A stretch of DNA of 63,767 bases, filler included, from Choristocarpus tenellus KU-1152 (Eukaryota > Protista > Phaeophyceae): NCBI GenBank assembly GCA_964200185.2. It is 9 parts of 9 records of this genome, joined end to end, with 100 filler letters (N's around TTAATTAATTAA, not from the genome) between each part and the next. Parts side by side here need not be neighbours in the genome. Positions count along the whole stretch, not along the records: positions 1 to 18,609 come from CAXNAD020000532.1; positions 18,710 to 30,442 come from CAXNAD020002164.1; 7 more parts are not named here. The stretch is one strand, 5' to 3'. This document shows, piece after piece, positions 13,374 to 26,700 of this stretch (position 1 is its first letter; every line of letters begins with the position of its first letter). Under the pieces are notes generated by a model. That model was not told where the DNA came from and made no database searches. It worked only from the letters and a program-made list of their open reading frames with translations. A program made the translations under genes and the position numbers.

Positions 13374-16300
13374 TCAGAAGAATATTGACATGCCATCGTC
13401 TGAGTCATAGGTTTCTTCCTCGTCCCCTGAAGCATCGCCATCTGCTACATTGCTTTCATCCTCCCCTTGTAGAGAAAATTTGCTCTTCTCACTCTGAACA
13501 CCAACAAACTCAGATTTTGGTGCCAACATAGAATGCAATCCCAAGTCAGGAATGGGTTGCAAGCTTCCCTCATTTGATCGCACTTGATCCTTTTGAGATC
13601 CTGACAGATCCACCGTCTCCAAGCAGGTTTCCTCTTCGCTCTCAATGCTGCCATGAATACTTTTGTCAACTACCTCAACCGGCCTAACAACAACAGGGTT
13701 CCCCCTTCCACTAACCTCTTCCTGTCCCTCATATTCTTCTTCACTGTCACTGCTGCTTTCACTACTACTGTCACTGTCACTGCTACTGCTACTGTCACTG
13801 CTACTGCTCTCATCTTTCCTTGCTTTCAAGTCGATCTCAGTCTTACTGTTTTTACTAACAGCAACAGCCAATGCACCAGCCTGTGGTGTTGAGACTGTAC
13901 TAGCAACAGCAGCATCTATATTGTCAGGACCATGTTTTACTGGAGGTGTGGAGAGGGGGGCAACGGCAACAAAGGCAACTTCATTACTAACGGAGGCAAC
14001 ATATCGAAGGCCTTGTTCAGAGTTAGTTGACCCATTCTTTGGCGACACCCCTAACACAGATCCGCTTCTATTTTTGTTGGGAAGAGCCTCTGGAATAGTC
14101 GCTCCCTTGACACCATTGGACTTTACAGCAGCAGGCTTGGGCTTTACTATGGATTTGGTTACAGCAATCTTGTGAAGGTCCACACCACTTTGTGAGTCAG
14201 AAGAGTATGGTCCACCCTTTGTTGTTGGGACCACCGTTGCCTTCTCTTTAGGTTCTCCAGTGAGGATGGAACTAGCCCTCTCAGGCATCCCTCCCCCTGC
14301 CTGTCCTTGAGCAGTAATGCCTTCCTGGTGCAATCTTGGTACTGTTACATCTCTGTCCCTTCTTGTAACTGCCATATCAGACACACTCACTTCTCCCACC
14401 ACACTAGCTTCCTCTGTTGATATATATGGAGGAGTTGGCTGCAAAGGACACGGTGTAGCAGACTGGGGGTATAAACAGAATTGTTGAACAAGGTGTTGGT
14501 CACTCCTCTCCCCTGACGATGATTTGAGAAGGGCCTTCAACTCTCTCACCTCAGCCTTTGCTACTACCAGATCCTGTATCACCCGGAATATGAGATGGTC
14601 AGTTGGCCTAGAGACAAAGAGCATAAAGTAAGGTTTCATTAAACTACAGATAATACAAAAGGGGGTATGCGGAGGATTAAACCATGATGCTACTACAAAG
14701 GAGTTGAAAGGGTGCTATCATGTCTGTCAGTTGCAACAACATACAGTGCACAAATGAGAAAGTCACCTAGGGCAGGCTTATAATGCCAAGAAGCTCTACA
14801 ATAAGAAAAATTTGTTCACTTGCAAAATAATTCCTCAACTATAGGAGGGACAATTGTGGTGGGGGGCCATTACAAGGAGGGTATCAAACCTGGTGGTCTA
14901 GGGCCAACACTAACAATGATGATGTTTCCACCTCATGTTAACCGTGGTGTGGGGTTTCAATAAATAATTACTAAAACTGTACATGTAGTTGTATCAACAC
15001 TTAGATTCACAACATACAGTTGTTCTCATCATGCTGAAGTACTGAAGTGACACGTGATTTTAGATCGATTACTATAGTTGGCAGAGTCCGAGAGGAGACC
15101 TGTGAAGCTGGTGTCAAGTACCATGCATGTTGCACAATATTGGATTCCTGCAGAGCTACTGGTGTAAGGTCCAAGTATTAAGACGCTCAGAATTTTCACA
15201 CTTCTCTTTGACATTAAGTTGGGGTTCAGAGCAAAACTGTATGAAGCTGGCAGCTACCTGGAGGTCACCAATATCCTTTGCTGTCGGGAAGGTCTCATCA
15301 TACCCTGTTTTCCCAAGGAGAAAAGGGTGTGTATTCTGCATAACTCCCCAAATATAGTACTTATAGTTGAAGGGAAACACGCGCTACCTCCTCGAAAGCA
15401 CCTCGAAGTGAAATTCTTGAATCATGAAACATTACTCACAGCCCATTACAGGTATAAATATATGAACATCACAGCGCCAGGCACATTAACGGCCTACATA
15501 TTGTTACTATCCATCCCAAATTCTCATTCTTTTTTCAAATACCGAGGTGATAGTGGCACATTTTGTTAACAGCACGTCCTATTGAGGACCTGCAAAGTCT
15601 TGTAAGTTCGTGCCTCCCAACCTCTCTAAAAGACCTTTGTCCCCCCACTGCAGTAAAATTTACGATTCAGATAAGAGATTAGAGGGCACATGCCCTACAT
15701 AGAGGCCGAAAAGATGAAGGGCAGACACCCCTCCAAATCAGCAAACCACTCGTGTAGGTGGTCTCCTATCAAGGAAGTCACTCTCACCTTGACTAGAACA
15801 GTCATCGCACGGAGCATGTGCTCCGCAGCTTCCCCATTTTCTGCAGCCCTTAGAGTCTCAACTAAACGTTCATTAATTTTCTTTAGCGTTCTCACTTCTT
15901 CCTTAAGTTGTTTATTTGCCCTGACTAGGATACCCATTCCACTTGTTGGTTGTAGCTGACGAGTAGGAAAAGACAACAAAAGAGAAGGGCAGGGATATCG
16001 ATGGAAGTAGTTGTTAGTTGGTATCAGAGAGCCATGGACAACGCTGACTACAAATTTGAACTATGGTTGGATAGATGTCGTGTATCGCGGAAAGGCGAAC
16101 CACTAGTACTCTCTTCTGTCAAAAATCCCCACAACCTAGTTGAGGTTCCACTACTCTGGAGTATAAAAATATCCGAGGGCGTTTGAATACTCACCTCAAC
16201 TTCACTTTCTGGGGGTGCTCCATCTGCCATAGTGGGTTTAAAGTGCTTCAGATCCCTTTCCACTTGGAACAAGGCCTTCTGATCGTCACGGGCTTCTTTC

Positions 16301-16431
16301 CAGAAGGCCTCCAGTTCTTCGGCTGATGGCAACTTTGAGGAAAATTTCTTCGACCATTTCTTCTTGGACCATCTGAGGCTAGTGCGCACCGATGCCCTAT
16401 CGTCCTCGATTCGAGGTCTCTTTCTAGGCAT
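13374..16431 (-). CDS. Hypothetical protein with basic N-terminus, coiled coil and long Ser/Asp/Glu-rich disordered tail; exons 16431-16195, 15955-15788, 14573-13374 (3' end uncertain)
   Basis: Canonical GT-AG phase-0 junctions and a 400-codon open terminal exon. Starts MPRKRPR (NLS-like); heptad pattern in NKQLKEEVRTLKKINERLVETL and DLVVAKAEVRELKALL. Confidence 0.65.
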
Positions 16432-16849
16432 TGGCAGGACATCGATTTGTAGGTGCCAAACAAGTGTGAGTGGAGTGAGGTAGGGTTGTTGAACACAAAC
16501 TACCTTGGGGCTACGGTAGCCATTCGTCCTTCGCCCTAGAGCGTGTTGTTGATTGAGTAAAGAGAGAAATTTAGAATGCTCTTATACTATAATTTACTAT
16601 TTTTAGTAGTCAACTGACAACTTACTATTTTAGTTGGCCCATCATAACTTTTGATGTAGACATCGATCGGATAAAAAAACTAAAATGTATATTCGTCATA
16701 CCTATTACAAGGCCTTGTAGAGTAGGGACTTCGTTTTTTTGTTCGATTTGTGTTCTTTTTAAAGGGGACTCATAATGGGTTTCCAACTCTGGATTGTGTG
16801 TGACCAAAAGCGGTAACAGATGTACTATTACTTGATTAAAGTATACTTG

Positions 16850-17110
16850 GTTAGGAAAAAACACCAGCCAAACGAACGACCCAGGGAATGAATGGTAAAT
16901 GTAAATGTAACTCGTCAAGGATGTCGTCATCGAGGCCCAGAACGAAACGCCTCTCATAGCGCCCTTGCTCCAACACCTTGATATGGCCCTTACTCAGGAA
17001 GTCTCTCTCCCATTTACTCACAGTTTCCACTGTGACCATCGCATATCCTGCAGCCATCTCAAGCACCGTTTGACGGTCTTTCCCGTCGTTCATACATAGG
17101 TACAGGATTC
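16850..17110 (-). mobile_element. Probable DNA-transposase N-terminal HTH remnant (IS630/Tc1/mariner-like); surrounding 16600-18440 is probably element-derived
   Basis: AAGYAMVTVETVSKWERDFLSKGHIKVLEQGRYERRFVLGLDDDI resembles the HTH + GR linker of such transposases. No intact frame, no DDE domain seen. Confidence 0.4.
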
Positions 17111-18318
17111 ACAGTGTTAGAGCCATGCAAAAATGGGTGTGATCCATGTTTCCTGGGCGAGTGATATTTTTTCAAGGCACAAGGGCGAGGGAGGACTGGC
17201 TTGAGTTGATCGAAAACCGTATTGAATTCTCGAATGAATGCAGGTGGGGAGAAATCTGTAATCAACTTTATACATCCAACCTAAAGCCCAGGAACGAAAG
17301 TAAATGTACGGCATCTTGCAAGAAGTGGGAAACACCAAACCACCAGTGTGAAAAGAGTCTCAATCTCACCTCCTCTAATCCCTAGTGTCCTCATTGATGA
17401 CTACCTCCACCTGCTTCGTACCTCTTCGAAGTAAAGGATTTGGTGGTAGCAGAAAGTTTCACAGCTGCCTTTGTTATCATCGCTTTCTCCTCCGCCTTGC
17501 GAACCCTTTTGACCTTCTTTCGGGCTTCAGAGGCCTCATGACCCCAACCCTAACACCTTCTTTCTCGTTTCCTTAAACCACTACGGCTGACATAGCGTCC
17601 AGACAGCCAGGGCCTGCTGCAACTGTCGACTACTAACATATTCTACACCCGGGTTTTCTCTTAGGCATTTCCTGAGCACAATGCCACGTAGTTGCACTGC
17701 TCCCCTCCCCAACCTTCCCTTCGGCTGGCCACCCCGGTTCTCCCTTCTCCCACCGTGACCAGGCTTCCGCACAGACTTCATCACTGTACCACCTCGTGAT
17801 GGACTTGCCGGTCTTTTCCTGCTTTCCCAAGGTGACAGAGACTGTGGAGCACTGCTCCACAGCGGTTGAAAATCCAACCACGTTTGTGTGGTAATGCTTT
17901 CAATGCATCTCCTCTCAGCGTCAGTGTTGCAGCCGCGTGGTCCATTGCACAATTTGATCATGCTGCTGTGCCACAGTACACGCACTTTCTCATCACCAAA
18001 CATAGCACTGAGTGTCACACAGTACTTGTTTTTCAGTCACCTCTCGACAGAGAAGGTGCCGAGGGTAGATCCAGGAGGCAGAGTGACCTCAGCGGCTCTC
18101 ATTATCTCACCGTCGTGATTCATGTTGCTGTGTGGGTCACCCATGTGTGTGCTCACAGCCTGTCTGTAAATGGCGCTAAAAAGATGCCCAAGAATCATGC
18201 TTCTTTTTTTTCGGTATTGCTACACATGTGATACAGTAGGTACCCCGATTTTGTTCACCCATGCGCATGCCCGAAAAAAGCGGTACAGAATTGATGTGGT
18301 AAAATATCGTTTTTGTAG

Positions 18319-18434
18319 TAATTAATCGTGGTTAGCTGGGAAATCAATCGTGGAATCGACTAATTAATCGTGGCGAGCTGGAAAATCAATCGTGGAATCG
18401 ACTGCTTAATCGTGGTGAGCTGAGAAATCAATCA
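18319..18434. repeat. 42-bp tandem repeat, ~2.7 copies
   Basis: Unit taattaatcgtgg..agctgg.aaatcaatcgtggaatcgac at 18319, 18361 and 18403 (partial); each unit contains two AATCGTGG motifs. Confidence 0.85.
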
Positions 18435-18609
18435 TAAGCTTCATGGATAGGATGGAAACGATTACGAGCGCTTTTTTTTAACGATGTTCATGTGTTCCAT
18501 CTCCTTGTTATTGCCATGATGTGACAGAGATTTTAGAATGGTGCGCATCTCCCGCCTCGCCATAAGGAAGGAGAATACTGTATGTACCTTCTACCTCAGA
18601 GTCTCTTCA

Positions 18610-18709
18610 NNNNNNNNNNNNNNNNNNNNNNNNNNNNNNNNNNNNNNNNNNNNTTAATTAATTAANNNNNNNNNNNNNNNNNNNNNNNNNNNNNNNNNNN
18701 NNNNNNNNN
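18610..18709. other. Artificial contig linker 1
   Basis: 44N-TTAATTAATTAA-44N; stop codons in all six frames. Confidence 0.97.
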
Positions 18710-20750
18710 GGTTGCACCCCTTATTTTTCTGACTTCCTTTGTTTCCACCTACCACTCATTTTCATTAACTATTCCTTCTGTTCTTATTTCTTTCTTTTCT
18801 TTCCCCACCCCATATTTTGCCAGTTTTTGGAATTTTTGTTACTTTTTAGTTTTGATATCATATGCTCTTGTTCAGCATTAGTGTTAGCTGTTGGCCACCG
18901 TATTTATGCTATTATCAGTCTGGGCAGCATCCTGAACAAGCCGTGGTCAGAGGCACTACAAACTGCTGTGCTATTCATACTATTCTTTATTCTATTATTA
19001 CTAACTTTGGACTACTCTAACTTATTTCTCCACTCTGGCCCTCGGACTATCCCAATCTGTGGTCAGAGGCAGTGTACATGGCACCACTTTTCAAAATAGT
19101 GCAACTACCCATTGCACTATGACTTTTCTTTGGGCTGTCTTCATTTTTGCCTTGATTCTTACCCTTTGGGTCAAGCCATCCCACTCCTCTTTGCTCTACC
19201 TCTCCTCCATCGAATGCTGCAGGGGATCCACCTCCTCCGCATCATTTGCATTGCCACCTTGTTCTTGGTCAGGCGCTTTATTTGTGGTACAACAACAGAT
19301 AGGGTAGTCTTACTGGACTAGAATCCCTAGCAACCTCATTTGTGCTACTTCGAGCAGAAATTTGCAAATTACAACCCAAAAGATGCACTCAAGCCACATA
19401 AAAAATATATATAGGAACACCATGAAGATAGTTGGATATCACATGTTGTACATGTTACACACCCAGTAATCCTTCAACTACAGGTTTTACATGTGTAGGC
19501 AATGCCATGTGAAAATCTTTTAGAGAAAGAGTGTACCTCTCAAAGTGGAGAGGTGGATTTATCTACTCCGATGATGTTGTAGAATGGTCATCCTTGTTTG
19601 GGTGAAGGGGAGGAGGTTAACGTGTTGCAACAATTTCTTTTTGTGTATCAAGACCTACCTACAGTAGAACATGAAAGGAATAATACTAAAACATCTCCTA
19701 TACAACAGAAATGGCATAGACAGTATGAAATCAATCAACCATTGGTCTACAGCTAGCACACAAAGGGAGCAGCATTTGTTGAAAGTGGGAATAGAACACC
19801 TTCCCTGCAATAGTTATTAAGGAGTGGTCAGGTTCCATGTATAGCAGTTTGAAGAGCCATCGCACCAAACAACACAGGGGGACAAAAACAGATATTGACA
19901 TCCAACCAGTTAAAGCTCAACAGAACAAACATTAGTAGCGCAGCATGTAATCAAACAGCCATCATGTACCACCCTGATCTACAGCAGTAGGAGATAAGGC
20001 ACATATACCCTCAAGGACACACAGAAACAGGCACACCTCATACCACACTAGAACTTTTTCAAATATTTGAAGCACGCAGTCGGTGAAGGCCAACCTCCTC
20101 AATTGAAAGCAGACCTTGCTCCCGACTACAAGACACTAGATGTGCAACAGCCAGTCAGTACCAGCGTTCTCCAGGGCAGCCATGCCACAATATACAAGCA
20201 CTGCCACAACACATTCTTTAAGTACATACAACACATGGGGTTTCACAGAGAACAAAACCACAGGCTGAAATCACACCAAATGTCTTTTGCCATGACTGCC
20301 TCTGACTGAGTTCCCGGTTGAAGCACTAAGTAGTGACATGTCAGGACCAGTGAAACAAAAATGGTCACTTCACCTCTCTCTCACACACACATACATGAAG
20401 ACACAAGTGTTTAGAATAAATAACAATCAGGGAACAATAATCCCCAACAAACCTAACACACATTAAGCTGCCACAACACATATAATTAACGTATGCTATA
20501 GATCACATGGTAACATAGGAACTAAGTGGGTCCAGACACAGATACCTCAGGAGGACAAACAGGGTAGGAAATAGCAAACAATAAGTACCAAGTCATCAAC
20601 TATCACACAGGCACATCATTTGCAGCAGTGATACACAAGTTCACATCGAACAGGAATGGTAACACAAATTTGACTCAATCCTAGATCCTGGCTAGCAACT
20701 GCTCCAATTAATACAGCAGTAGCATGACTGTCATGGTGCAGACAATAGGG

Positions 20751-23700
20751 TCATAACAGGTGAGACTTTCGTAGGTGTTGGTAAAGTCGATAGCACCAAA
20801 CACCTGCTGCCACCAGTCCAATCACCAGCACAGCAAATGGCATTTTCCACCTTTGTTAGAATGTGGAATGGAGGACACGAGGCCAGAGGAAATAGGATCA
20901 GTGTAAGGAGGGTCAGATTGCTTGTGTGTGAGATAGATTGGATTGTGTAATTAGTTCCTCCTAGTTCTGTACAAAATTAAAGGTATTGCCAAGGTTGTTA
21001 TAATTCCGTTTGACGGAAAGGTTTATCAACAAAAAACCCGGCTCATCCATCTCTGATTTCATCTCTTTCATCAAGGAGATGAGGTAGGCAGTACACTCTT
21101 GCACTTGTCCCCATGCTAGGGACAATAAAATAAAAACATTTGTATGAGACCTATTTGAACCATGTATTACACACCACCATTCAGAGTCCACGCAGAACAA
21201 GGGGACTGTGACGTGATGTAGTTGTAAGAAACGATCAACACCATCACTGGGGGGTACAACAAAGTCCTTGTTTCAAACTATTAACAAGTGTAAACAAGGG
21301 TCACTTCTCTTAGACACTACCTAATCTGCAAATGCACCTACTGTGGGCTGCATGAGAAGTCATGGGTAGCAGCCAACAAGGCAACAATAACTGCCAACAC
21401 ATAAAGTATAAAGTGCAAGGTAAAAGTATAGGCATTCCGGTATATGCATAGCACACTATCAAACACACTTCTATTCTAATGCACTGCAGGTGTATGGTGC
21501 TGGGTACTCTGTCGAGCTGTTGTGTGTATATACCATATGTGTACCCTCTATAAATATACCATATACACTTGTTGCAAACAGGAGAAAATAGTAAGATGAA
21601 TGAAGTGAGTCACATGAGCTTGCCATGACCTAAGTAATCTCAATCCTCCACATCCTACAGATCCGACTGCAGGTAAGGATGTCTGACAGACAGAACAGCA
21701 TCCCATGCAAGGATTTGCAACCCCTAACAAAGGATACTGCCTACAATGACACAATGAAAACAGGCAGGTTAACACACAAATAATTATCACTCCCCAAAAA
21801 TCAAACCCGATATGTATCCAACTGGTCAATCACTGAATGAAAAGACCACTGTACATAGGGAGAGAGTACTTCTTACCCACGAGACATCAATGCCGCCTCA
21901 CCAAGACCAGACTCCAAACGGGTTTCCACATGGTCTGATACCTTTTTCTCTAACTGTTCAACCTGTAACAGCAGTCAAAACAAGAAGCAGCAGGTATGGT
22001 CATTAGAACAAAAAAAAAACACTTGGACAACACTAGTTGGTCAACTTTTCTTTTTCTCACATACAATTTCTCGACACACAATAATAATAATAATAATAAT
22101 AATACCAATGACCACACACTCCTACCTATAAAAAATGAACATATAATGACTTGTGCAGGAAGATATTTTACCCCCACACTGTATATATATAATAACTACA
22201 CTTCAGCAGAAGCAAACAAACTCCCATGTAAAAAACACAGCGCAAACCCTGTCTCCCACTAGCCAGAAAGCTTGTTCCAAGCAACCGCCATCATCATAGA
22301 GGGCAAGGCATCCACTCGGGCAATATCATGGGATGAAAGGGAAAGACTGTGCATGTGTTGTCTGTGGCAGTCAAAGCACCCCCTAGTCAGTATTGATACC
22401 TTTGGATGGATTAAGATTGAACCTGTGTTGTCTATTTTGTGTTTATCTCTTCATTTCCCCTAGAGTGTTATATTACAGCAAATTCATAGCATGGAACAGG
22501 GCATAGATTATAATCCTCTCGAGTGTATACATTGCTAAAAATGAGAAAAGTGCATGTAAGATGGTATCATCAATGTTAATTCACAACAAAAACAAAAATA
22601 GCTGGGCTACATTATACATTTTTCATAAATTGTAAACACAATCCACACCAACCCGCTACTATCAATCTTGTAATTCCCACATTAGGCTCCACCACGTCAT
22701 CCACACCTATTTGAAACAATATCAAATAGTAGAGGTCATCCAAAGTCCATTGTAGTACAAAAGTGTACACATTACACTTCAACTTCAACTACTCTGACAC
22801 ACAAAAAAACAAACTTGAAGCACATTGTCTTTCAAACAATATTCATCTCCCACAACGATTTACTGCAATGAGATGCCAGGAGAGTTGCCCATCTAATCTC
22901 CAATTTACAGGGTTAAGGGCCTAATGAATCACCCCTCACATTGTCCATAAAACACCACCTATCCTGATGAGGTACAGGAACTTGAGGGTACATTGCCAAC
23001 TCAAACAATCAACCCAAGGAATTGTCACCTGTGCCCAGAAGTCTTCCCTTAAGTGGAATGACAAAGCATGACAAAGTACATCAAAACAGTGACTACTAGA
23101 GGCAAGATGTTCACAATTTCAATTATGCGAAAGAAGGAAGGGGAGGAGATTCATTGGCACACCTCATCCTGTAAGACCACAACGAACATACTACTCTATA
23201 TCTGCCGAAGAATAAATCAAGCCCCATCCCCCCCCCCCCAAAAAAAAGTGCACCTTGACTTCTGTTGACACAACTGTGGTTCTAAGGGTTTTTTCATTTG
23301 CAGCTAGCTTTTCAAAGAGCTCCATCATGTGCTCATCCACCTTGGCAACATTGTGTTCCTGAAAATAAGAATAGCAAGGGAAGGGGAGTAGGAAGGGGCA
23401 TTAGAACCTGAACTTGAAATTGCTCCAGATGTGTACCACAGAACATTCCCCACACTATGTGAGCCAGTAGTAGTAGAAGACTTCTTGGGGACAAGAACGT
23501 GGGAGCAGGCAAGGGCAGGGGCAGAGGCTACAGAGTGCTTTCAGCTTCCCACAAACAAAAAGGCAGTTCACAACCTCTCCAATTGGGGCAAAAAGGTCAG
23601 CTGCATCACCTGGTGGTGATCCATCAGCTCCAATTTAATCAACAATGCGTTTACCATGGTCTCCAACAAGGCAACACGCTCCTCCATTGGTGAATCCTGC

Positions 23701-26700
23701 ACCTCATCAAACAGACAATCAGGGTGGACACGAGTCACAAAGGGGCTGGGAGGGGGGTAACAACTACAACAATTCCGAGCACTACATGTCAAGACATGAT
23801 ACTCACAACAGTACATGTTATTCTACCTTCACTACCCATGTAACAGGCTAATCTTCACAATGAATGCCTTTCTCACCACCCCAAAAACAACACATGTGAA
23901 AAAGGCGAAAAGACAGAATATGAAACATGGATTGTGACAAAATATAAACACCAGCACCATTCAGTCCCCTTAATGCTCCAGTCCAAATCACACACAACAA
24001 TTTGTAATGCTCATAACACTCTAGTCCAAAACATTCTTAGTCCATGCTACATTCATATATATACGCAACACTTAGCGAAATACCAACACTCTGTAGAAAC
24101 ATAGTGTAACAAAGGGGTGATGTTGTCCAAGGTGTGCAATGCACATGCCAGCGAGGGGTGGGAGAATGACACAGGGCTTAAGGACAGCCCTTCAGGACAA
24201 AAGTCAGTTATAATACAGTACCACAGGAAAAAAATGGTAGGGTTAGGGATTAAGGCTAGGGATTGAACTTGCCGGCTCAACTTGAACAGCTGACTGTGAC
24301 TTTGGTTCATTCTCCCCTATCTGTGCATCATTAGAGCTAACAAACGTATCCAGGCGAAGGACATCGTGGTTATCAGACAGCTCGCCTGTGCTGGCAGTGA
24401 GACCAATATGAGATGACTTCACCCAGCCTTTATCCATTGGCGGCAAAATCACCTGTATTTGATCGTGAAGCATGCACACAGACAGATACAGACACAGACA
24501 TCAAATACAGTCATTGTTCATACAACAGTCCACAATAACCAATGAGCACACAGGACAAAACATATTCAGAGTACTCGGAGTACTTCCAACCACACACAAA
24601 AATACAATACAAGACGGGGATTGAGACACCTCTATGGTGTAGTACTCTCAACCAACATAAAGATCTATCCAAAATGTTCACACCACTTCAGGGCTTCTGC
24701 CAATAAGTTAGAGGCATCCCCAAATGGTAACCTCCAGGGCTTCAAGATCGTGTTTGTGGAAAAATTCCAAACAGTCCCTTGAGGCCACTGCATTTTACTA
24801 TGGAGTTAGTATATGACTACCTCTAACCTTTGATTAAAATTCAAATTCAAAATATCTCTTTGTATATCTGTTCATTTGAAACATTTTTTAACATTAATTT
24901 CAACATTTTACAGCACAAAAGTGCCACCAAATAGGGGGGGGGGGGAGTATTGAGAAAAAGAAAATAGTGCACAAACAGCATTGACATTATCATCGTCAAT
25001 ACAATACCAACAGTTGCCTCACTATGCCCTACAACTACAATATTCAAAGAGTACAACTAGTGCAGTAGGGTATATATATATAACTAATATTCTTATCAAC
25101 CAAACACTTGCCTATGTCAAAGTAATAGTGACAATACCAATACGCTAAGCCAATGTTCTGAAGCAAAATCACACAACTTATGTAAAAAGATTTATACCAG
25201 CAGCATGATGAAGTTCTTTCTCATCTGTTGTATGTTATATGATATTACATCAACACCACCCACAGGCGTTTCAAATACTATTTTCACAGTACCAAAAAAC
25301 AATGACAAAAAATCACCACACCATGCCCACATTAACTATTCTAACAAAACCTGAGGCAGCATCATCCAGCAGTAAAGACAGTAAGACAGACTCTGACCTC
25401 ATTTAACATTGCACACCTTCCCATGGTGGAGTGCAGTACCTTCCCCACATTAGGAATTTCAAAGAGACTATAGGTGTGCAATAAAGCTCTATATAATTGA
25501 CACAAAACCCAATGCAATCGCCCTGACCTAAAAACACTGTGTGATCATGTCCAGACATGTGAGAGTACTATTATAACCAACCCTAACCCTACTTCCATTA
25601 TATTACATCATTGAATCCAGTGGTATAAGTAGAGGACACAATACAGGCTATTCCAGCAGTTTTTTCATTACGATCAAAGGGATGAAGTTAGAGTTAGTTG
25701 TGCAGACAATTTGTACCATATCAAACTATTGCTGTAGTACAGCTTCAGCCCCCCCCTCACCTCCCCATCCTCCCCCTCAACCCAAACCAATACATAGAGG
25801 CAGCTCACGTTAGGTGAGCATATAACAATATAGAATAATATTGTAAGAGGAAGCAAGGCACACAACCACTCCAGGCAAACATCTACCACATGAGCATAGG
25901 GGGGGGAGGAGCAGGTGATTGGACAGATCACATTTTGAACATGGTATATACCACAAACAAATGCAACTCTGGACCAATCAAGTTTAGAGTTAGGATTAGG
26001 GCTACAGTTTCAAAAGATGAAAAAAAACATCACAGGTACGAATAGGGGGAAGGGGTAGAGGGGGGCAAACATGGTGAGTCTTGCCTCTGCACATTCCACC
26101 CACTGTCCTGTGTTCTTGTAGTCGATCTCTACACTCATCTTGCCATTTTCCACCTCAACCTTCAAACGAGAGGATAGTGTCGCTGCCTCAAAATCATCTT
26201 CACAAAACAAAGTTGTTGCACAAGGTGGAGTGGGGGGGAATGGGGGTAAGGATTTGAAAGCACCAAATCTGTGCTACAAACAAAGTGGTTTGGTTTTGTC
26301 AATGCGGGGCAAAGTGGTTTGGTAGGCGTGTAGAAGTAGGGTTCGGATATAAAAGGTGACAAAGTGACACTCTCACAACACATTCAAAAACTGCCTATAC
26401 CTCAAATACAGTAGTGCACTCTCATTAGTAACTCTAACCTCTACTATTAATAGGAGTATACACAAAGAGTACACACAAAGAGCTATCAACAACAGAAACA
26501 CAAGGACCTTCCATCCCAGAATCACCTAGTACCATTTATACAACTCATCTCTCTCCAAGGGTCGGCTACAGTGTAATAGCAACTTAGTGATGTTGGTTTA
26601 ATTGGTGTGTTTCATGTCTATCGTTAGTTCCATGGTACCATTTTGAAATGTACTATTTCAAGGTTACCACCTACCAAGAACTAGAATATACACATACATA

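Noticed and set aside
13663-14175. 170-aa plus-strand hydrophobic ORF
   Set aside because: Antisense shadow of the Ser/Asp-rich exon on the minus strand.
18319-18434. CRISPR-like repeat
   Set aside because: Head-to-tail units without unique spacers, no cas genes, eukaryotic context.
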